The position numbers and the translations under genes are program-made. Positions 25,686-37,130 of a stretch of 64,000 nucleotides of DNA are shown piece by piece. The stretch spans positions 248,001-312,000 of the forward strand of contig NW_020845387.1 of NCBI RefSeq assembly GCF_003704095.1, in the 5' to 3' direction. How positions within the stretch are numbered: the stretch's first letter is position 1; each line of letters starts with the position of its first letter. The DNA comes from Pocillopora damicornis (Eukaryota). The notes beneath the pieces were generated by a model. That model was not told where the DNA came from and made no database searches. It was given only the letters and a program-made list of their open reading frames with translations.

Positions 25686-26947
25686 CATATGGGGGGGATA
25701 CTGAATGATGCCTTTGGAAACTGCTCCCTGCTCATTACTTTTTATCAGTAACTGCAAGAACTTTTTACATCAAATATTAAATATTCTGTGAACTGAGAAA
25801 CAATATTGTTTGTTTGTTTATATTTTTTTCCTGTGAACTGAGTTAACATTTAGCAGTAAATATTTCTTTACATTTCTTTCTTTTTGGATTTAAATTATTG
25901 TCATGATTTTTTCCTGTGAATTGATGTTACATTTAAGAATAAATTTTTCTTCACATTTCTTTTCAAATTTGAATTAATGTTTGAATTACTAAAAATCAGA
26001 AAACTTGAACCAATTTGTTTGATTTATTGAATCAAATCTGTTGTGGTGATCATTTTTCCAATCCAATTTTTAAGACTTTGTTTGTAGAAGAATAAAATAT
26101 GAACTTCTCAGAAAAACTCTGTTCTTTAAAATGTGATCTGTAATTTTTTACTCACATTGCCATTTTTCCTATCTTTTGTTTCACTGATAACTAACAAGTT
26201 CTACAGTCATTTTAATGATATGCTGAGGTATGGGATCAGATTAAGAATAGTGTTTGATGTCAGTTAGGACTGCATGGGATACATGTATGCATCTGTGTAA
26301 GTGCACTTACTATTGCTTTGACTGAAATAAACAAATATTTCTTTTCTAAACTACTTTCTGTCCCTGTTGATAACATGAAACTTTCCCACTCAGTGTTCAT
26401 GCAGTGTGTCATCAGTTAGTATTGGTGAAGCAGGTTCTAATCTCTGAGAACATGAAAAAATATGCATGGAAAGAGAAAAAAAATCAAGAGACACCATTCC
26501 TCTTGTGAGGGTGACTCCTAGCTCATGTGTTGAGAGTCATGTTTTATTCAATCAGTATTGCCTTCCATGGGTCACTAGCTGGGAGAACTGATTCAAAGTC
26601 CAAAATAATTTTCACAATCTTTGTTTATCACCCTCCACTTTCTCACTAGTAGGAATCATCAATTGATGAAAAGAAATACAAGGGTGATTATTCTGGGGAA
26701 CAAAGAGCAGTGAGAGCCACAAGGGTCTGTTGTGCCCTCTACATGTACTCTGGCGATTAATTCATTTCTAAACCTCTGAAAATGAGGAGCCCATATGGCA
26801 CAATTGAATTTCAGTCTTTCAAATGCTTTCATGGATAGATAACATTGCGGCAAGATGGCTGTTACCGCTGTCGCAAAATTTAATGAATATATCATCATTG
26901 CTATCTGTTTACTCGGTCAGCAGACTGGTAACTAGTGTTTCTCCAAA

Positions 26948-29900
26948 ATGGCGGCGGAAGTTTCGGAAGATGCGTGCTTCGACGAAGAGCTTCTTTTTAC
27001 AGAATTTGAGGCAGAAAAGGAAACAACGAGACCATCGGAAGAGAGGCATGATTGCCCTGGTAAAATTCCTAGGAACTCCTTACAGCAAGAAAACATACGA
27101 TTGAAGAATGCTTTGAAATCTCTGATCGGTGTGTGGAAGTTGAAATGTAGTACTACAGGCAGACAACAAGATCGTCATTCTCCTTTATTTCAGGGGATTT
27201 TTTTCGATAACAAGACTTCGATCAGATCCAGAGAAAAGGTTGAAGAATTCATTCAAACTTTACAACGACGAACCGACGACATTAATGAGAGGGAGTCGTT
27301 TGGAAGCCAAAATTTTCCACCGTCTATCTGTGACACAAATTGTGAAGTGAGCAAGTTAGCCAGGGACAATGGTTGTAGCCAACCTTTTTCCATCATCAGT
27401 TCTTTGCAGTACTACGATGAATATTGCATAGACTGCTGTGGGCTGCCTTTAGTCGATTTAAATCCTCAAATTAGTGATGGCTGGACCATTCCTCAATACG
27501 AACAAGTTTATTTTCGAGTTTTGGCTCCAGATGAAACACCAAAAGTGAGGCTAAAAAGTCGGAGTTGTTGTTTCAATTGTGGAAATCCTGGACACTCTCT
27601 CCAAGATTGCACTGAGACACATGACATGCAAAGAATCAATGCCAACAGGCGAGAATTTCTCAATAAGTTTGCTTCACCAGTGAACTCTAAAACTAGATAC
27701 CACTTTGATGATTCAGCAATGAAACGCTTTGGAAGATTCAAACCAGGGGTGATTTCTGACGAACTCAGGGAAGCACTTGGAATTAATGAGCAAGATTTGC
27801 CACCATACATCTATCAAATGAGACAATTGGGTTATCCACCAGGGTATTTACCCAAGGCCACAAAACCAAGCTTGCTTATTTATGATGGTGATGGCAGTAT
27901 AAATGATTATATTGAGGAGCAAGATGAACAAAAGAGTGAGGAACACTTTAGAAGTTCTTTTATTGAATACCCAGGTTTCAATACACCGCTACCAGAAGGT
28001 GAGTTTGTACCTGAATAAATTTATGTCATACAGAAAATGTGAAAAAAGTGCTCCTCAGGTTCATCAAAGCCTTGTGGGTAGTGTCAGTTTCATTATTCCT
28101 GGCTTTTGTCAGTTGCCTATAAAAGAATTGTGAGGTAAGGCTGTAGCCACGGACACAAATATATAAATTTCCCATGATTACTTGCCAAAAAAAAAATAAA
28201 GGAAAAAAGAAGCAGGACATAAGAAAAATAATTGAAAAATTTTGTGGCTCGAGTTCTCCATACAGGGTTATTCAGGTATCCATGGTTCTGTTCATTGTTA
28301 GTCACTATTAATTTCCCAAACAGAAAAACAAAGAGGAATTTTGTAGCCACACATTTCTACCAAAATTTATGCTTGCATTGAATTGTTATAATAAGCTTCA
28401 ATACCATGGACATGAATTTTGGTTAACATTTTCCTTGATATTTACCTATAAAGTCAACTTACATTTTAGGGAAATGATACATGTACAAAAAGCTGTCCTT
28501 GTTCTGCAATTTTTATGAAAAAAATGGTCTTTCCTGCCTAAATGGATATGTGACTTTATTTGGAAAATACAATCGTGTTCCTTTTCCAATTCCATTATCT
28601 TGAAGTACTGTATTTCTTGGCAAATGCACAAGGTTACATTACACCTTGTTCTGCAAATTTTATGAAACAAAAGGTCTTTCCTGCCTAAATGGATATGTGA
28701 CTTTATTTGGAAAATGCAATCAACAAGTTACTTTTCCAATTCTATTATTTTCAAGTACTGCATTTCTTGACAGATACACAATGTTACATTTAATACAATT
28801 AGATCTCACCTTTTACAAGCCTAACATCAACCCTGTGTCTACCTGGGAAGGGAAAAAAACCAATCATGAAATGATGGATCATTGATTATTGCTCACATTT
28901 GAATTCAAAGCTTTAATCCTTTTATTCCCAAGATCTGATTTTTAGGCCTCCCCCCCTCCCCCTCAGTTGCTACTGCTTTGTAAAATAGTCACAAGAATTG
29001 GGTATTAGATCAAGATAAACTTCTGCCAAAAAAGTTTCAAATTTGCTCTTTACCTGATTGCTGGATCATATCTCTCCATTCAATATTATCAGGAGAAAAT
29101 ATAAGTTAATCACTTTTGGGAGTTAAAGGATTGATTGTAATTTTCAGGTGTTAGAGACAAGAGTGCTGAGCTAAGAACTCTTCCAATGCTCCCTCATCAG
29201 CAGATTGATAATTTAGTGGCAAAGTATGTCCACATGAGAGGAATGTCATCAAACTCTGCTGCTTCAGGCAGTGACAGGAAACGAAAGAGAGAGAAACTGG
29301 ATCAGGAAGAACAGGACATGGATGTTGATGAAGATGGTTAGATTATACTAAGTGATTTTTAATATGTTCATAGTATAATAATTAGAAGGAGAGAATGTTA
29401 GTTTCCTGTACAAGTGTGCTGTGTATGTTATGAAATTCTCCTTTTGAGCATGCCACATAGTCACCTTATGCTACTAAATCAAGATAAGTCTTCTGCAGTG
29501 TTTGCCAATTGGCTCATGAGTAGGATTGTTTACAGTTAGTTGTTGGTGAAAATTGGTGAAATTATAAAATAATTTGTATGAATGAGAAGGAACTTCCCTG
29601 AGGATAAGCATCACTAAACCAATTTCATGGCTGGAATGTAAGTCTGGTAATTTGAAGGAAAATAGAAGATAAACTCTTGAATAAATTTTAGGTATGTGTT
29701 AAACAAAAATTTAAGAATTTTTATCTTCTTTCAGTTTTCTACTGGTGTAATTTTTGACACCATCAAAGCGTTTTCAGCAACTTTAATGGTTTTGTTACTA
29801 TGTTTACAATGTGATGAGGAAGATCTGATTTTTCAGTCATTCAGTTCTGACATATGAAAACAAAAATTATTGCATGTCTTGGACTGAGTTAATGTAATAC

Positions 29901-30677
29901 TTAATATTTATCAATATTAAATTGACTTCATCAAATTATTTTGTAAATTATTTTTGTAAGGTCATTTAAAAGTTTATTTTGTTCAAAAACTGTTTGCTGT
30001 TTGTGTTAGGTGGTGCTAATCCTTCAATAGAGCTGGGCTCAACAGTCCCACCACATAATCCTGCTGCCACCAAGAGAACAAAGTATGACACACAAGGAGA
30101 TGTTGGTGTGGATAACAGTGGTGGCTATTCTCCCTCCCACCCTGGTGTTCAGTATGGATCACAGGAACAAGAACTTCTCCAGCATTACAGGAAATACTCT
30201 GAAAGCAAACCCACTCATTTTGCCTTGAAGGAACTACACGGAGAAGCAAGCAGTGATTCTATCAATAGTGAACCTAAGAAGATAAGAAAGAAGGTCAGGA
30301 GGAGTGTGGAAGAAGGAGAAGTTGTCTCTGATGAGGAAGGGGAGGGGGAGCTTGTTGATGAGGATGAGGTTGAGGACAAGAGGAATGAGGAGGAAGTTGT
30401 TGATGATTATCCTAAGGTGATACCTGGCTGGTGGCTGGGAGAACCTTTAGATTCTGTGTCAGAAACACAGCCTAAGCTGTCTCCTCCCCCTAGACCGTCT
30501 GTACTGCTGCCTTTGGATGCTCTTTCAAGATTCTACACCAACAGCACTGTGTTGCAGAAAATGAGTTTTGAGGACAGAGTCATGTGGCTAGACCCAATCT
30601 ATGGCAATCTTCAACCAGTATCAGGGCGATATGAAAGGCTCAGGAAACTTCTTGGAAAGAAAAACACTGCAAAATAA
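26948..30677 (+). CDS. ZCCHC8: Zinc finger CCHC domain-containing protein 8 (NEXT complex scaffold), about 635 aa
   Basis: Exons 26948-27998, 29148-29336, 30010-30677 (phase 1 introns). Zinc knuckle CFNCGNPGHSLQDC, 'FKPGVISDELREALG', PSP domain 'LPPYIYQMRQLGYPPGYL', 'YPGFN', C-terminal 'YGNLQPVSGRYERLRKLL'. Confidence 0.93.
28495..28795. repeat. Two-unit tandem duplication (about 147 bp period) in ZCCHC8 intron 1
   Basis: 'ggtctttcctgcctaaatggatatgtgactttatttggaaaat' occurs at 28526 and 28673. Confidence 0.85.
28913..29133. mobile_element. TTAA-ended MITE family (TTAACCCTTTAACTCC...GGAGTTAAAGGGTTAA type), degenerate
   Basis: 'ttaatccttttattcccaagatctgatt' ... 'aatcacttttgggagttaaaggattga'; related copies at about 7240-7433, 35560-35698, 46955-47155, 49035-49241, 50502-50650 and 57845-58035. 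Confidence 0.6.
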
Positions 30678-31308
30678 ATCTGTTAATGGACTTCCTGTCA
30701 GAGAAGAAAGAGACATTTTCCCCTCACTAACGTTTTATGGTCAGTTATTGTTACCAGGTGATTAAAAATGGACTTTCCTCTTATTTGAGGAATTTTAAAT
30801 TTTTAGTTGAAACTAGTTATTTGGGTTTGTTATCTCCAGTGGAGTTGATATGTCAAAATTAGTAGCGTTTTAGTCATTTTTTATCACCACTCAGATCTGA
30901 GAGCATGAACTATTTTAGTAGGCAGTTGAAATTTGTTATGTCGCGTATCTCTTTCCCATGTTACGCCAAGCGCCTTGAAACACAAAATCCTACCTTGAAG
31001 TTTTCGAATTTTACAAAATGCAAATTGAATCATAGAAACTGAAAGAGAAAGTTGTACCACTTAAGTGTTTGGGCTCTTTAATTAATAGCCAACAGTCTCG
31101 TATATTTATCTCCAATTTTAAGGTTGTAAACTAGTTGGCACAAGCCCTTCAAAACAATAAAGACCACTAAGAGATGATTGAGCCGATGTATTCGTTTGGA
31201 GCCACATTNNNNNNNNNNNNNNNNNNNNNNNNNNNNNNNNNNNNNNNNNNNNNNNNNNNNNNNNNNNNNNNNNNNNNNNNNNNNNNNNNNNNNNNNNNNN
31301 NNNNNNNN

Positions 31309-32041
31309 TTTGAGACTGTCTAGCTCTGTCTCTTTCGTCTTGAATTCTCTTCAGTTTTCTTTTACATCTTTTACGTTCTTGTTCTTGCTTAGGCCCAATG
31401 TACAGCCCAACACCAACAATAATGATCAACAGCACACAGAAGACGACATGACCATAGTTTGTTGAACGCTCGAGGACTTTACCGCTGAAAACTTCACCCA
31501 TTCGGACAATGGCGAGTTCCACACCTTGATCGTACTCTCTCTTTTGCATGTATGGCTTCATTTCCTCAATGATAATATCAATCTGGTCATCGGATAACAA
31601 CTCCATGGCTCTTTTTCCTGTGGAGACATACAGTTGACGATCTAAAATGGAAATCAGCAACATTACTCCGTCATCACATCCCGCATGGCCGACACCCCAG
31701 CTGTAATGTAAATGTTTGGCAAACGTCTTCGCTGTTTCTTCAACAGGTTCACCAGGAATGGCACTCATTCGGTTTAAAACTACAACGCCAATTTGAAATC
31801 CAGGTTCCTTATCGTTACTGCACCCTGAAGCAGTATTTTTAACAATTGAATACAACAACTCTTCAATCATATCGGCAGCCTCGTAGCTGAGAATATTCTC
31901 TGGATCACAGATCCAGGAAACCTTTCCTCTGCGACCACAAGCTTTTACATCTCTCGTAGGATCCGGAAAATCCTGCGCGTACCATTCTCCAGTTGCCTCT
32001 CCTTGAAGGAAACAGAAAGCCGCAAAAATAACCAGGAACAT
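31309..32041 (-). CDS. TPM/MOLO-1-like ectodomain + TM + basic coiled segment (copy 1), N-terminal half truncated by the gap at 31209-31308
   Basis: Signal peptide MFLVIFAAFCFLQGEATG, 'FPDPTRDVKACGRRGKVSWICDPENILS', TPM motif 'FAKHLHYSWGVGHAGCDDGVMLLISILDRQLYVSTG', TM 'VVFCVLLIIIVGVGLYIG'; no intron. Confidence 0.85.
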
Positions 32042-32594
32042 AGCTGATACGCTCGCTATCCTAACGATTTTCTTGGATTATGGCGGCTAAAACACTGAAA
32101 AATTCGTATCACAGACAGTGACGTTCAAACTCTCCTAGAGGGGAAAGAAGAAAACCGAAGGTTACGTATTCAGTGGCTTTAATAATGGCATTTCTCGCGG
32201 CTGAGAACGAAAATCGACAAGGCCGAAAGAATTGCCACAGGCCGATTTGGCCTTTTACCTGAAAGATTTCTTCTGTCAGTGAGGACGAAGTCGATGATTG
32301 AGAATTTTGTCAAATACGCCCAAAATTGCTTGTGTAAGCATGATTCACGCATCATTACCCACTGCGCGTTTTATTCGGGAATCGTCGATTCCTTTATTTT
32401 CATTTAACAATAAAGTCGGCTTTTCTTGTCATGTCTATTGTATTTATTTGTTTAAAAAAATAATACATGGTTGCTTGCAGATATGGAATTTCTCTTCTTG
32501 TGCTCAACTCGACATCTCACTCGTTCGTTGCGCTCACTCGTGAGCTATCGAGTTAAACACCCGGGGAGAAATTCTATATCTACTCGCCATTATA

Positions 32595-32840
32595 TCCTCG
32601 CTAAGTGGTAACTACGGCTCGTGCTTGTGTTTGTCACGACGCATCCCATCGCTATTTTTGTGGCTAAATTAATCACGCAAACCCCCCTCCGGGCAGTCAT
32701 TCAATAAGTTTAGTTAACCAGCAAATATGTAATGAGATGTATTCTTTAGGTAAATCATACATGTGTGGCTGTTGTTTTTCTTCGATTGAATTTGAGATCA
32801 GAGCGGTTTTCATAGTTACTCGGCGGTTTACCTGCTCCAG
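32595..32840 (+). repeat. Diverged duplicate of 41733-42060
   Basis: 'gtggtaactac..ctcgtgcttgtgtttgt', 'ctaaattaatcacg..aaacccccct' and 'gaatttgagatca' are shared in the same order. Confidence 0.75.
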
Positions 32841-33010
32841 TATGGCAAGCCGATTGTAGCAATATTCAATAGCCCTTTTTTCAGTTCCCAGGGCTATATT
32901 GAATTAGTAGCCGCGCAAACACGATAGCGAGGCTGCCGGTGACCCGCGTATTACAAAAACAGTAAATACAGCTGATTGGAGAAGTCTTTCGTGGTTCAAT
33001 CGCTTCTAAA

Positions 33011-33320
33011 ATGGTGCTAGTTTATAAGGATATGCAGATTACAACGCTAGAAGATATCCAGAAGTTAAAAGTGAAGGATTTAAGGGAAATTTTGCGTTCT
33101 AATTCGGAAGCGACGGGCGGAATAAAAGCAGATTTGGTTTAAAAGTCTACGCGATACTCATGCGACACGTGCTTCGACCGGGTGAGTATCAGCAGCAAAG
33201 GAACGATAATACTGCTCAAGATCACCAGAATACAACGGAAAATAGTGGTGACTTCCAATACGATGAAACTTTAAGACGAACCTCTGCTCTCAGATGGTCC
33301 ACTGATTTACGTCAGCTTTT
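33011..33320 (+). pseudogene. Frameshifted SAP-domain ORF fragment, probably from a DNA-transposon accessory gene
   Basis: MVLVYKDMQITTLEDIQKLKVKDLREILRSNSEATGGIKADLV fits the SAP consensus LKVxxLRxxL..GxKxDLV; after a 1-nt frameshift near 33140 it continues KVYAILMRHVL...WSTDLRQL. Confidence 0.6.
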
Positions 33321-33575
33321 TTGAGGGTTACGGTACAAATAGAACAGAAATTGGCGTAGCCTTGGCAAACGTCAACAGCATTTTGTCTTCAGACACTCTA
33401 CTTAAAATATGACGACGACGGCAAATGGAGAGGTTTAAATCTCTTTAATTGGAGCGCTGTAGATTTTTTACAGGNNNNNNNNNNNNNNNNNNNNNNNNNN
33501 NNNNNNNNNNNNNNNNNNNNNNNNNNNNNNNNNNNNNNNNNNNNNNNNNNNNNNNNNNNNNNNNNNNNNNNNNNA

Positions 33576-33938
33576 AGGCTGTTGGTTTGTGGTCACAAAT
33601 ACTGTGAACCTTGCTTGACCAAGTGGCTAGAAGACCATGCAACCTGTCCAATCTGCCGCCAATCAGCTGACATACGTGAAGATGAAGGTGGTGCCTGCCA
33701 TACCGATAACTTCCTCCCTGATCTTCAGTTCCGACTGATGATGTTACAGCAGCAGCACCCATCATTTGTTACACCCACCATGGTGGACAGATGGGGCAGC
33801 AGCAGTTACACAGGGAGTTTTATTTCTGATCCCATTTTTGTCAGGTCACCTATGGTTGGGGGAGGTAGCTTTGGCAGTGGTGCAGGGTTTGGTGGGGGTG
33901 GAAGTAGTGGAGGTGGTGGTCATGGAGGCAGCTGGTAA
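33576..33938 (+). CDS. C-terminal half of a gene: C3HC4-type RING (first CxxC lost in the gap) plus a Gly/Ser-rich tail; most likely the 3' half of the TPM gene
   Basis: RLLVCGHKYCEPCLTKWLEDHATCPICRQ ... GGGSFGSGAGFGGGGSSGGGGHGGSW*; begins at the contig edge after the gap 33475-33574. A 'GGGxSGGGGxGGSW*' terminus is typical of TPM-domain membrane proteins. Confidence 0.8.
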   Translation, partial: RLLVCGHKYCEPCLTKWLEDHATCPICRQSADIREDEGGACHTDNFLPDLQFRLMMLQQQHPSFVTPTMVDRWGSSSYTGSFISDPIFVRSPMVGGGSFGSGAGFGGGGSSGGGGHGGSW

Positions 33939-34443
33939 CATGCATGGATATTTGATGAAGACTTTCACAAGCAAAGAACATACAGAGGGTACCTCAGTTT
34001 TAAATCCTGGAGTTCTTGTAGAGGGTCTCCATGCCTTTTTGTTTTTCCTCTTTCTACTAACTAAAGGTAAATTTTGTGTACACATTGTCATAAGGCTTAT
34101 AATGATGATGATGACATTGATATCAGTTTCCAGGCTAGTGCAGCTCAGAATAAGTTGGCATGGACAGTTTTTCATTGCTGTACAATGTATATGTAAAACA
34201 TGACTCAAATATGAGCTGAAAAAAATGTTATGTCTTCCGTGAGCGTCAGGTTACTGGTTCAAATATGGGTCAGGATTGGTTAAGTAAACTTAATGTGTCA
34301 TGGCACTTCTAGGCTAAACTGAAAGGGATGTTATGCTTGATTTTATATGATATCTTGCATTCCCACAAGAGCCACAGTTAAAACTTTAGTGTTATTTGTA
34401 GTCTGCAGTAGCACTTTTATTTGCCATAAATAGTGGTCCGCAA

Positions 34444-35061
34444 TCATCACATAGTATTCTATTGAGTGAGGAAAATAGAGGCCTAGTGTCATCAGATCAA
34501 AAAATCCTCAGTTTTGAATTTTAAGTCTGTTCATTCCATGATGTGCTGAATATTTCAAATTATGAAAATCAAAAGTTGATAACTTCTTATGATTAGAACT
34601 ATTTGATTTATCCGTGGAACAGTTGTTCAGATTTTGAAATGTAAAGATAAACTAGTAGTTGGCACAAGCCCTTTAAACCAATAAAGACCACTAAGAGATG
34701 ATTGAGCCGATGTATTCGTTTGGAGCCACATTTCAAATTATATAAATCGCAATTGTAAACAATTCGAACTCCTTTTGATATCAATGGAGGTCAACAAGAT
34801 TGGAACAAGTTTTAGTCTGTCCTCTATATGTATTTTAGTTTCTTAAGGATAGTGGAAGGACGGCTTAAGATTTATTTTCTTTACATGCAGTAGACGTGAG
34901 CAATCCTGTAAAAAATCTACAGCGCTCCAATTAAAGAGATTTAAACCTCTCCATTTGCTGTCGTCGTCATATTTTAAGTAGAGTGTCTGAAGACAAAATG
35001 CTGTTGATGTTTGCCAAGGCTACGCCAATTTCTGTTCTATTTGTACCGTAACCCTCAAAAA
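34444..35061. repeat. 3' flank of the RING fragment, re-used at three contig ends
   Basis: 34444-34650 ~ 43707-43913 (direct); 34656-34732 ~ 31132-31208 (direct); 34905-35061 ~ reverse complement of 33318-33474. Confidence 0.85.
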
Positions 35062-37130
35062 TGAAACCCACTTTGTACAAACTCGCCCGGTGAGCTATTC
35101 TTGTTATACTCCAAGGGTCGAGATGCTCGCTCCAGACCCCTTTCCTAAGGTGCAATCGTGGGATAGAGTGCTGGTAAACCCTGTAAGACCACGACCCCAG
35201 ATTGTTCTGGTTCTGGCCGAGATAATAGGATTGTTATTATTGATCAAAGAGTGAAGATACAGAGTACTCACCACGGCGACACCTTGAAAAACTCAATCAA
35301 ATCTGAACCTGATTTTGTCTCAAAAATTTAGGAGGTTATTCAAAGCGGCTGAACAAGCTAGTAGTACACGGGATGGTTATGACACATATATCTTGTGTAT
35401 GGCTTGATTTGCCGGCATTTTGTCTGTACGTAGCAGAGAAGTTAGGGCATCTGAAGGTTTGTGTCTTCTTGGATGATATTAAAAAAGATACTGTGAGCTA
35501 TTATCTTCTTGGAAGACAATAGCTCACCATTTGTGTCGGTGGTACAGTCATAGTCATTTGGATAGGAGACTGAATGAATCAAGGAAAGCTAAGGACAGAA
35601 CAATTATCTTCATGGAACCAAATCTTTAAACTAACATGAAAGACAATTGGAGGCAACTAGTTAGAAGAATTAGTAATCACATCTTGGGAGTTAAAGGTTG
35701 GGTTTGGCGTGAAGTGACCTTCAGAGGCAAGAATACAAGTGTCTCTTCTTGTGCTTGTTTACAAAATACTATCAGTTATAATTAAGTGTTAAGACTCGAT
35801 TTGAGTAACTTATTTCCGTTTTGTCTTTTTTTAATACTAGAATTGTGGTGAAGCGGTTCTATAAAGGAGCGGCCTCTCTTTCGGAGTCTTTCTCGAAAAC
35901 CCGACAGTGAAGATTAGTTTCCTGTTAATACGCAAACAAATCATTCTAGAAGAAATCATGGGATTTTTTAATTATCATGTTATGAGGGTCACGAAGGAAA
36001 CAAACGAATTAGCTCGAAAGAAGGTCAAGGATGAAAACACAATATCATATGCTAACATAAAGAATTGAGGAAATAAGGGAAACCAGAAGCTGATACGGTT
36101 GTTCTAAGGAAAGAACAAACGAGTATTAAAGTTGAGATTATGAATTTGCAAATAATCTCTTCCTTACCGCTGAAAGATATGTTTATCTGACTAATTATCG
36201 GATTAAACAGTATTCTTATCAATGAAAGGTCTTTCCTTGTTCAAGAACTTGCAGTTTTAGCTGTACTTATACGGTTCGAATTTTGATATTGGTCAGTAAC
36301 ACACGTTTGCAGGCCACGAGGAAAAGTGACTGCGAGAACAGTAGTTTGCCCAGCTTATGTGAAACATTACACTCTTATCACTATTTCTTTCTTTTTCCTT
36401 CTTTGTATAGAAAATCCTATCAGCTTAATAGCTGTAGACTTGATTGCTATTCCGATGAAGTTTTTTCCTTCGCGTTCGATGAAAGGAATTGAATTTAATG
36501 GACGTGTGAGGGAAATGGATCTCATTCAATTTGATCGAAAACTTTAATTTCATTTCCCTTTTTCATTAATTTAGCGGTGGATTTTTCAGAGATCTGCGAT
36601 CGTTTCTAAAGAGACTAGGCTGCCTCAGGTTATGGAGTTGTTTGTTTTCTTAGAAAGATTCAACACAAATAAATTTTGCATGGGAATATCATTGGCGGAA
36701 CTTGCTAAAACTCCATTAAAAACGATATCTAAAATTCCCTTTCATTCAAAATTTATCGGGCGTTCATTCTTTTCTTGTTTTGACATTGTAGGAACACAAT
36801 ACTCACATACATGTTTTGGAAACAATTTCGCATCATTTCGCTTTATTAACAATCCATAACCGCCGCAATATCACTTGTTTGAACAATTTGTAAAGATCTC
36901 TGAGTTCAACCTGCTGTCACAGAGTAATTAGTCTCTTTGACAAAGATTTTAAGTAATTTAAAAATCTTACAACAAATATTAACCTTAAGTTTTACGACAG
37001 CACTTCTTAGATCTGGAATATTACATGAAATGCGGCGAACATTTTCAATATCAATGTTTAAGTCATGCTGGAAAAATGCAAATTTATCGCCTGACGTTGA
37101 AAACAAAAGCGATCTTTCGCGATCAAGTCA

